The notes under the pieces were generated by a model. The model ran no database searches, was not told the DNA's origin, and was given only the letters and a program-made list of their open reading frames with translations. The position numbers were made by a program, and so were the translations under genes. Source: Acaryochloris marina MBIC11017 (lineage in GTDB: Bacteria; Cyanobacteriota; Cyanobacteriia; Thermosynechococcales; Thermosynechococcaceae). Taken from it: 32,000 bases of DNA. How positions within the stretch are numbered: position 1 is the first letter of the stretch; each line of letters opens with the position of its first letter. The stretch covers positions 3,780,001 through 3,812,000 of the forward strand of contig NC_009925.1 in assembly GCF_000018105.1 (NCBI RefSeq), in the 5' to 3' direction. This document shows, piece after piece, positions 26,001 through 32,000 of this stretch.

Positions 26001-26580
26001 TAAAATCACGACCCTACAACAGCAACTCCACACCTTAGAACAGCAGGCTGCTGAGCTGCCTGACTTAGAGGATGCCTTACCTGAACAGATGATGGCAGCA
26101 ATGAAAGAGGCCGACCAACAGATCACGACCCTAGAAACCCAAGTCAAAGCCATGAAAAAAGACAAGGCAGAGTTGGAAAAAGCGATGAAAATGGCCAGGG
26201 ACGTCGTCTCGCATTTTGAGCAACAGGTTGAAAACCTCACCCAAGAAAAGCAACAGCTTGAACAACAATTCCAGATGTCTACCTCAGATGATCCTTTGGC
26301 CACGGTCCCAGCAGTTGTCCCTGAATCGCAACCTGGTCTCCCCCTCTCGGGACAAAGTTTTGTTATCACTGGCAAACTGGCTCAGCTCAGTTATGAACAA
26401 GTGAAAACAATCATTCAGGAAGCAGGTGGTACCATCAATACCCATCCCAGTTCTAAAACCAGCTATGTTGTCGTCGGGAAAGATCCAGGCAACAAGCTGA
26501 AAAAGGCTGAGAAATATAGTATCCCGCAATTATCAGAGCAGCAGTTAATGGAGCTATTGGGGTTAGATCTCTCTGCTTGA
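23017..26580 (+). CDS. Giant Gln-rich coiled-coil protein with a C-terminal LigA-type BRCT domain
   Basis: About 1080 aa are heptad-like and rich in Q, L, E, A and T. The last roughly 80 aa (GQSFVITGKLAQLSYEQVKTIIQEAGGTINTHPSSKTSYVVVGKDPGNKLKKAEKYSIPQLSEQQLMELLG) align position by position with the E. coli LigA BRCT as I recall it (GKTVVLTGSL...GAKV.[22 protein letters not shown].ELGI...E.E.L.LLG). Confidence 0.9.
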   Translation: MPELSSILDLRLVLESVGALLLGTATVDTLRQRQWQQQLTSASEEQQRLLTADQARLQTEQQTLQTDNETLTAALAKAKQVVEAQEQSVEELKQQVSQLQQQQRAWADEKQAQDQQQKTLETELDTQKAQCQQLQAELDERAATTTELDNLAAAKTQAEVDLRQAQSKMRGLQLQVDTLTQAQQPLQAKVTAAEQTAAVATQAKTQLEQQLAQLTQTQQQDQSQVTQAQATIQSLEQQVASLTATQKTLENQLQQQSQRDRQRQNLATEVAILQDQIATLTTQNQSLEDDRVAVQQEKDSLTQRLETLTATHDQLATTQAETVQQLAATTQTHLQLEQAHAQLTAELEGLHHAQTDLSTLRQEKQTLESLVTEQKQEIDDLTGRLATAKDLQRQLAEDYETAQTSLSALETQDTDFNTELAADLQDAHAQIKTLQQNLETLTQQNQDLRNQIAAAPPEQSQALQELEQALQAAQSRNQQQQQQLQDLAQEKESLATSLQTAQSNSTELQQQIASLTQQHQELETSLEQTQTADSSLITELTTNQQQLTTELTDAQELITNLRQQISDLETAQEAQPTSTDIEALTQTNQTLSAELSDSQTALATLRQQLQTLEQQQQRLETEQGAVANDQSKTIAALEAQLQTLQQERETLNQQVAEYQGHLPSLQEQITDLEQQRQTLESSLQGAEAQAQDLEQQLNTLNQGQTQTQQDLQAQQQQVITLEQQVQALEAEKTQLASALKVAEEAPIPLQEALQSAQTEQTQLEQRLTALTQQNQDLQTAINQASDTSALETELAAVKAEKQQLTVTLQAAEAASLPLQTTLQTAQAEQVRLEQQLAALTEQNQSLQVSLEQASDTSALEAELAAAKAECDRITQSQQTAETTIQTLTAQLQELESLPEQLQSLTQAKAQLEADLQQATTITAEVDQLTQAQQDLQAALSQAEEEKLGLRSQLQTLEQQVVDLQSATSSVELEQQLQDLTADRDQLQHNYDTATAKITTLQQQLHTLEQQAAELPDLEDALPEQMMAAMKEADQQITTLETQVKAMKKDKAELEKAMKMARDVVSHFEQQVENLTQEKQQLEQQFQMSTSDDPLATVPAVVPESQPGLPLSGQSFVITGKLAQLSYEQVKTIIQEAGGTINTHPSSKTSYVVVGKDPGNKLKKAEKYSIPQLSEQQLMELLGLDLSA
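25200..25630 (+). repeat. Two tandem repeat units of about 68 aa (204 bp) inside the coiled-coil gene
   Basis: AEEAPIPLQEALQSAQTEQTQLEQRLTALTQQNQDLQTAINQASDTSALETELAAVKAEK is followed by AEAASLPLQTTLQTAQAEQVRLEQQLAALTEQNQSLQVSLEQASDTSALEAELAAAKAE. Confidence 0.75.
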
Positions 26581-26608
26581 GGAATCTACTGGCTTTCGAG
26601 GGCTTTGT

Positions 26609-26622
26609 TGCAAAATTTTGCA
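26609..26622. promoter_or_regulatory. Perfect 14-bp palindrome TGCAAAATTTTGCA, a candidate operator
   Basis: Read directly from the sequence. It lies about 118 nt upstream of the 44-aa ORF. It overlaps a TTGCAG -35-like hexamer, with TAGAAT at 26638-26643, although that spacing is short. Confidence 0.3.
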
Positions 26623-26739
26623 GTCTTCAAAGAAATATAGAATTCCATGTCTCCAGCCTTAGTAAACCCGCTGAAACCTAGATAGGCATGGGAAAATCGT
26701 GTTCGGATTTTTTGGCCTACACCTTTAGGAGTTATTTTC

Positions 26740-26874
26740 ATGACAGTGCGAACCATCACAGATCAACAAACGACGATTCGCTTTTCTGGCTACAAGCTGG
26801 ATGATGCCGATGCTTGGCTCGAAACATTAAAGGAAAATGGACGCCCTGTTCATGGAGAGTTGGCCAAAAGCTAA
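26740..26874 (+). CDS. Small hypothetical protein, 44 aa
   Basis: Below the ORF-track cutoff. AGGAG lies 8 nt upstream of the ATG. Translation: MTVRTITDQQTTIRFSGYKLDDADAWLETLKENGRPVHGELAKS. A strong terminator sits 70 nt downstream. I recognise no family. Confidence 0.5.
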   Translation: MTVRTITDQQTTIRFSGYKLDDADAWLETLKENGRPVHGELAKS

Positions 26875-26943
26875 GCTTTTTCTCAACTCTAGTTCTGCCC
26901 AACGGATTTTCCATCGTTAGGTTAGAGTTCCTCTTCTGATGCA

Positions 26944-26975
26944 ATACCCTCGACAAGATGCGAGGGTATTTTTTA
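26944..26975 (+). terminator. Rho-independent terminator
   Basis: 9-bp perfect stem ATACCCTCG/CGAGGGTAT with an 8-nt loop, followed by TTTTTT. Confidence 0.7.
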
Positions 26976-27559
26976 TGGCGTTACGTTTTTAGAATAAGTG
27001 TACATTGCCCTAAAAGTGATTCAGGCAGTGGGATTGCCAATGATCACTATCACTCTAGATCTCTGCTCAGGATCACCTGCTAAGACCGCTGATGAGGGTA
27101 GGATTGTGCAAACATTCAAAATGGTGCCAATGAAGATTTGACATTACCCAGTAGATTAATCAGAAAAAATCGCTAGTTTTAATGAAGACGAAGATGAAGC
27201 ACATTGTGAGAGTCTCAATGGGTGCATGAAGAGATAATCTCAACCGTCTTGAACCTAGGGAATTTGTGGCCATTTTTTCTGATAAGTGCTAGTTGTGGCC
27301 CAATTCAGGGAATATTAGATGCGAACTTGGTTTCAGTGAATCAGCTAGCGCTTTAAGCGCTGGTATAGAAACCTCTTCAGGAATTTAGTGAATCAGTGCC
27401 AACCTTGGTATTCATTGACTAAACAACCCATGATGCGCTTACAATTGAGCTTTTCAACCATCATCAAAAGGTTCGATTCAAATCTTTTTTTGGCTTCAGA
27501 TAATCGGTTTTTTCTGTTTCACCCACGCGATCTAATTTTCTTTTTTGAGGAGATATTTA

Positions 27560-29200
27560 ATGGCAACCAAATGGAAACTGATTGTTCCTGGAATTATCGC
27601 GGGTGCAGTCGCGATCGGGGGAATTGCTGCATATTTTTACCTAAAGGTTATTCCTGCCCGTGAAGGAACCAGTCCAGTCGCCAGTGCAAAAATTGTGCCC
27701 GATGAAGCCTGGATGGCAGGCTACGTTGATATTACGTCGGATTCTTGGGAAAAACTGAAAGATTTTGGTACTCCCGAAGCTCAAGATCTGGTGTTTGGTG
27801 GTTTCGATGAGATGACTGCTGACATCAAAAAAGAGTTAGCAGAAGATAAGCTGGATTACGATAAAGACATCAAGCCTTGGTTGGGCAGTGTGATGTTTGC
27901 GGCGGTTCCTGCCAGCGAGGACAAACCCGCCCCCAGTATGTTGATGGTCATTGGCATTAAAGACAAAGTAGAAGTCTTAAACTTTGCCAATAAGATGAAA
28001 GACAAGGAAGATTTAGAGGTCAAAGAGACTGACCATAAAGGCGTCAAGATTTTAGAAATAGATGCTTCGGGTTCTCCAAGCTATGTGGCGATTCTCGAGA
28101 ATCACCTGGCTATGTCTGACAATCAAGATGTGGTCAAAAAAGCTATTGATTCATCGAAGGGTGATCCGTCCTTAGCCTCCGATGGTGAGACTCGGAAGAT
28201 CCTGGAAGAAAGCCTGAAGATGGATAACCCCGTCGCTCAAATCTTCATCCCCAATTATGGGAAATTGATTACACAGGCGGCAGCGTTTAATCCCAGTAAT
28301 CCACTTCCTCCTCAGCTGAAAGATCAACTGGATCAAATTAAATCGGTGTCAGTTGGCATGGGCATTGATAATGAAGGCGTTCGGTTCCGAGCGGTAACCA
28401 AGGTCAATCCCGATTCCTTTAAGTGGGAATTCAAGCCAGTTCCAGGCAAAATTATTTCCCAATTCCCGGCCAATACCCTGTTATCGGCCAATGCTGGTAA
28501 CCTGAGCAGTCAGTGGAATTACGCCCTCCAACAGCTAGACAGCGTGCCTGAATTTAAAGAAGGCTTAGATGAAGTCCGACAGCAGATTCGTCAAACCACC
28601 CAGCTGGATTTAGATAAAGACATTATTGGCTGGATGGATAAAGAAGTGGGATTAGCTCTTATTCCAGGCAATCAAGGCGTCTTGCAATCTGTGGGCTTTG
28701 GCGGAACCTTAGTGTTCAAGACGAGCGATCGTGCTAAAGCTGAAGCAACCTTTGCCAAACTGGATGACCTAGTCAAACAAAGCAATGTCCCAGTTAACAA
28801 GAGCAAAATTGGCAATGTTGATGTGACCCAATGGCAGTTTCCACCCACCAAAGAAACCCTAGCCGGTCATGGTTGGATTGATAATGAAACCGTGTTCTTC
28901 GCTATTGGTGACCCCATCATCAAGGTCATGGCTAAACCGGATAAAACGTTGGATCAAAGCGAGACCTTTAAGTCTGTCACGCGAACCTTACCCCAGTCTA
29001 ATTCCGGGTACTTCTTCGTCAATATGGATGAAGCCAACAAAGTCATTTTGAGTAATCCGGCCATTACTAGCCAAGGCCTGATTACACCTGAAGTTGAAGC
29101 GGTTCTCAAGTCCATTCGGGGCATTGGTATTGCCAGTACGCAAATGGATAAGACTACCTATACTGGCGATGTACTCTTGGCACTAAAGCCCAAATCATAA
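27560..29200 (+). CDS. N-terminally anchored protein, DUF3352-like (family name from memory)
   Basis: ATG 27560 is preceded by GAGGAG; the track start at 27545 is TTG. An N-terminal TM helix (LIVPGIIAGAVAIGGIAAYFYL) is followed by a soluble region of about 520 aa. Confidence 0.75.
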   Translation: MATKWKLIVPGIIAGAVAIGGIAAYFYLKVIPAREGTSPVASAKIVPDEAWMAGYVDITSDSWEKLKDFGTPEAQDLVFGGFDEMTADIKKELAEDKLDYDKDIKPWLGSVMFAAVPASEDKPAPSMLMVIGIKDKVEVLNFANKMKDKEDLEVKETDHKGVKILEIDASGSPSYVAILENHLAMSDNQDVVKKAIDSSKGDPSLASDGETRKILEESLKMDNPVAQIFIPNYGKLITQAAAFNPSNPLPPQLKDQLDQIKSVSVGMGIDNEGVRFRAVTKVNPDSFKWEFKPVPGKIISQFPANTLLSANAGNLSSQWNYALQQLDSVPEFKEGLDEVRQQIRQTTQLDLDKDIIGWMDKEVGLALIPGNQGVLQSVGFGGTLVFKTSDRAKAEATFAKLDDLVKQSNVPVNKSKIGNVDVTQWQFPPTKETLAGHGWIDNETVFFAIGDPIIKVMAKPDKTLDQSETFKSVTRTLPQSNSGYFFVNMDEANKVILSNPAITSQGLITPEVEAVLKSIRGIGIASTQMDKTTYTGDVLLALKPKS

Positions 29201-29224
29201 CAAGCCAATTCTGATTGCGATAAG

Positions 29225-29256
29225 AGCTAGTCGGGGCATTCTCGGCTAGCTTTTTC
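29225..29256 (+). terminator. Rho-independent terminator after the DUF3352-like gene
   Basis: Stem AGCTAGTCG/CGGCTAGCT (9 bp with one G-U pair) followed by TTTTT at 29251-29255. Confidence 0.65.
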
Positions 29257-29643
29257 AGTTTTGAAAGATGCACAGTAAAGGATTGAGCACCCAATCGATC
29301 TAGGTCAAGGTTGATGAAGCTGCAAATATCCAAGTGTCGATTAGGGAAAGATGAGAACTGGTGATTGATGAGGAGAGAGTCGCAATTCTCAACGGACCTG
29401 GTCAAAGAGTTACGTGAGTCTCTGAAATGCTTGAGCAGCCAAAGCAGCAAACAGTGAACTAACCACTGTTCCACTGCGTCTAATGGAGGTTTTTCACTCT
29501 CTCTCATCTTAAGCTTTGTTGATGTAGGATCAACCCTCAGGGATGAAGAGACATCAGGGCTATTGGAAAGATGATGACTCACTACTCCTGACAGTTTTAA
29601 GATTCTGTCGGCAGCTCTCTTGGCCATCTGCCAAAAGCAATAG

Positions 29644-30456
29644 TTAGAGATTACGTGCGCTAGCAAACTGTACTGCTGCCCGAGAAGTGCCGATATATCG
29701 CCAATGCCAAGGCTCGAAGTTAACCCCCTGGGCGTTATTCCGGGGAAATGAGAGTTCAAATCCATAGTTCTTGGCATTGTTGGTTAACCAACGATAGGCA
29801 GTTGTGTCTTCAAAAGCCACCTTGAGATCTTTGTCCGGCTGGTTGCGATCGCCAATATCGATCGCATATCCAGTGTGATGCTCACTAAACCCAGGCGGGG
29901 CACTAAGTTTGGCGGCTGCTTCTACACTCCCTAGTTTTTGTACCTGTTTATCAAACAGTTCTTTTTGGTCATTGACTGAGCGAAACCCAGAGATAGGCTG
30001 AAGCGTGAGATTGGCATCAGCAGCGGCATTAACCAACTTGGTAAAGGCTGCCGCTGCTTCTTGATCCAAATACTCAGACCGACGATACGTCCCTCGCACA
30101 AACTCTCCAACGTTTACCAGTCGGTTATCTTCGTTTTCTGCATAGGCAAGGTGGCCATAGTAATTCTTAGGTGTAGCAGTAACAGGTGCCGCTGGAGCGT
30201 TAGCTGGAGAGGGAGTATTCGAGATGGAGGGCAAGCTCTCATACAGGGGAGATGGGGGACGGTTTGTCGCAGGGGGCAATGGTTGGGATGTTTCGACCGG
30301 GGATTGAGCGGGTTGTTGGGGTGACTGCTCTTGCGAGACGGGTGGATCCGCGGGGACCAGTTGAAGGCTAGCCGCCAGCCAGACAATCACCGCTGTGGTC
30401 AAAAGGCTAATCACCACAAACTGGAACTGGCCGAAAATTTTTTGGAACCCTTTCAT
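29644..30456 (-). CDS. D-alanyl-D-alanine carboxypeptidase, VanY / peptidase M15B family, with an N-terminal membrane anchor
   Basis: SGFRSVNDQKELF, SEHHTGYAIDI and FEPWHWRY (Zn ligands H, D, H). N-terminal TM helix FVVISLLTTAVIVWLAA, followed by a Pro-rich spacer. Confidence 0.88.
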   Translation of the reverse strand: MKGFQKIFGQFQFVVISLLTTAVIVWLAASLQLVPADPPVSQEQSPQQPAQSPVETSQPLPPATNRPPSPLYESLPSISNTPSPANAPAAPVTATPKNYYGHLAYAENEDNRLVNVGEFVRGTYRRSEYLDQEAAAAFTKLVNAAADANLTLQPISGFRSVNDQKELFDKQVQKLGSVEAAAKLSAPPGFSEHHTGYAIDIGDRNQPDKDLKVAFEDTTAYRWLTNNAKNYGFELSFPRNNAQGVNFEPWHWRYIGTSRAAVQFASARNL

Positions 30457-30520
30457 AAGTCTATTTGCTGCCCCATTGATAGACAGTAATCACAATAATC
30501 GAGAGCAGAAACTTTAGCGT

Positions 30521-32000
30521 CTAATCTCGTTGAATGAGTTGAGCGGCAATCCAGCCCCGAACCCCTGACTGAGGGAACAAGACCTCATACCAGAGGTAAC
30601 CCCCAACATCTTTACGTTGGCCGACAATTCGGACGCGATCACCAGGGTAAGCCATATGTTTAGTCGGGAATTTGGTTCCTGGCCCCGTTCGAATATTTTT
30701 ACTTTCTGGACTACCGACAAGGGTTGCGTTGGTGTTTGCAGGTGTTGGTTTGGGGGTGGGCGTTGGGTCCGGAGCGGGTTTTGCGGCTTGATCCGCTTTG
30801 ACTAACTGTGCTGCAATCCATCCCTGGGCCTGGGATTTAGGGAAATAAACGTTATGCCAAAGGAAGCCACCTTGATCGTGATCGCTCGTAATAATCGTGA
30901 TCCGATCGCCTGGGTAAGCAATATGGGTTTGAGCATAGTTTGTCCCTGGGCCAGACCGGATATTTTTAGAACCAGGGTCCCCCGCAATGCGGGCATTAGT
31001 TTGATCGGCATTGGGCGGTAATGCAATCTCAACTGGAGGGGGTGGAGCGGGACGAGTCACCTGGCTCGTGCTGTCATTAGTGGGCGTGGAAGGTTCGGGA
31101 GAAGCACTTACTGCTTTATCAGAGGTGGAACGCTCTGTTCCCACAGCGGGTGTAGGCGAATTACGAGAGAGTAGATCTGAAACCTGCCCTCGTAAAAGCA
31201 CCGCACTCACCAATACAAATATGCCAATGACTCCACCTGTGAGGATGGCTTTTTGCCATTCTGGAAACCGGGCTTGATTGACGGTGGGTGGTACGGATGG
31301 ATGTTGAGGAATAACGGCTTGGGTCGGTTCAGATACAGCCGGTTCAGGAGGCACTGAAACCGATGCTTCGGTGATGGAAATCGAGGGCTGCTGGAGGGTA
31401 TGAGCAACGATATCTGTGGCTTCCACACCCACTGGAGTGGTGTCTTGATTGGCCAGAATCTCTGGAGCCTGAGCATTTGTAGCATCTTGGGCAACATCCA
31501 CAACATGGGTTGCTGGCAGCACCAAATGATTCATCATGGCTACCGCACTGAGGAACCGTTCATTGGGCTGAGGATGAATGGCCTGACTGAGGGTAGCAGC
31601 AAACTCTGAGCTGAGATTAGGCACTAAATGCTGCCATAGCAGAACGCCTGTTTGCGGATCGGTTTCGAGTTCTTGAGGGATTTTAAGGGTGAGGAGATAG
31701 ATAGCCGTGAGCCCCAAGCTATATAGATCGCTGCTGTAAACAGGACGTCCTGCTAGTTGTTCCATGGGCATATATCCGGGGGTGCCTACCACAATGGAGC
31801 GATTCGTTTGCCCTTGGGAATTCACCACGGTACTCATGGTTTCTTTAACGGCTCCAAAATCAATGAGGCTGGGTATGCCGTCTTTTTGGCGCAAGATAAT
31901 GTTATCGGGCTTAATATCTCGATGAACAATCCGCTGTTGGTGAATATAGTCGATAGCTGGCAAGAGCTTGATCAAAATGTCTCGCACTTCCGTCTCACTG
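30521..32000 (-). CDS. Hanks-type Ser/Thr protein kinase with a TM helix and two extracytoplasmic SH3b domains; the N-terminus runs off the window
   Basis: HRDIKPDNIIL, DFGAVK and GTPGYMPMEQ. TM helix ILTGGVIGIFVLVSAVLL. Pro-rich linkers separate two repeats, NIR[ST]GPGT...AYPGDR[IV]...GG[FY]LW..V.FP.S...GWIAAQL. The frame stays open through 32000 (...SETEVRDILIK). Confidence 0.92.
   Translation of the reverse strand, partial: SETEVRDILIKLLPAIDYIHQQRIVHRDIKPDNIILRQKDGIPSLIDFGAVKETMSTVVNSQGQTNRSIVVGTPGYMPMEQLAGRPVYSSDLYSLGLTAIYLLTLKIPQELETDPQTGVLLWQHLVPNLSSEFAATLSQAIHPQPNERFLSAVAMMNHLVLPATHVVDVAQDATNAQAPEILANQDTTPVGVEATDIVAHTLQQPSISITEASVSVPPEPAVSEPTQAVIPQHPSVPPTVNQARFPEWQKAILTGGVIGIFVLVSAVLLRGQVSDLLSRNSPTPAVGTERSTSDKAVSASPEPSTPTNDSTSQVTRPAPPPPVEIALPPNADQTNARIAGDPGSKNIRSGPGTNYAQTHIAYPGDRITIITSDHDQGGFLWHNVYFPKSQAQGWIAAQLVKADQAAKPAPDPTPTPKPTPANTNATLVGSPESKNIRTGPGTKFPTKHMAYPGDRVRIVGQRKDVGGYLWYEVLFPQSGVRGWIAAQLIQRD

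Noticed and set aside
23551-26529. Minus-strand ORFs of 67-130 aa inside the coiled-coil/BRCT gene
   Set aside because: CAG/CTG-rich repeats keep the antisense frames open by composition alone, and their products are low-complexity Cys/Ser/Leu strings.
29154-29777. 207-aa minus-strand ORF treated as a gene
   Set aside because: It overlaps the 3' end of the DUF3352-like gene, a good terminator, and 134 nt of the M15B gene. I kept it only as a low-interest question in the findings.
1-32000. A mobile element, prophage or genomic island
   Set aside because: I could recognise no transposase, integrase, phage structural gene, terminal inverted repeats or flanking tRNA. HIP1 sites are spread across the window.

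Overview
This window reads as a chromosomal segment of a cyanobacterium. I counted at least 12 exact HIP1 octamers (GCGATCGC) in 32 kb. It also carries a psaM gene, a PatA-type regulator and several cyanobacteria-typical DUF genes. I found no tRNA, rRNA, CRISPR array, transposase or integrase.

Gene content, left to right:
- An edge-truncated Tat-signal metallophosphoesterase that is missing from the ORF track, an orphan ABC ATPase, and an atypical OmpR-family regulator.
- A small membrane coiled-coil protein, psaM (31 aa, also missing from the track), and a TerC-family membrane protein.
- A minus-strand run: membrane protein, sirtuin, hypothetical protein, ndk, PAP2 phosphatase, DUF2237.
- Two tandem paralogous genes encoding Tat-signal trypsin-like protease / FGE-like (SUMF1-fold) fusion proteins.
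- A complete five-gene type-IV-pilus/phototaxis-style chemosensory operon on the minus strand: PatA-type regulator, CheY, CheW, MCP and hybrid CheA-receiver. It has no CheB or CheR.
- A DUF2817/M14-like protein and a 1187-aa glutamine-rich coiled-coil protein ending in a LigA-type BRCT domain.
- A 44-aa ORF with a Shine-Dalgarno (SD) sequence and a terminator, and a DUF3352-like anchored protein.
- A VanY/M15B D,D-carboxypeptidase downstream of a Ser/Thr kinase with two extracytoplasmic SH3b domains (kinase N-terminus off window).

The best candidates for something new:
1. The tandem exported protease-FGE-like pair. Its FGE-like domains lack one of the two catalytic cysteines.
2. The giant coiled-coil/BRCT protein next to the motility operon.
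3. The near-identical 96-bp in-frame repeats in the CheA linker.
4. The SH3b-kinase plus M15B peptidase pair.

All family calls rest on motifs read by eye. No database search was possible.
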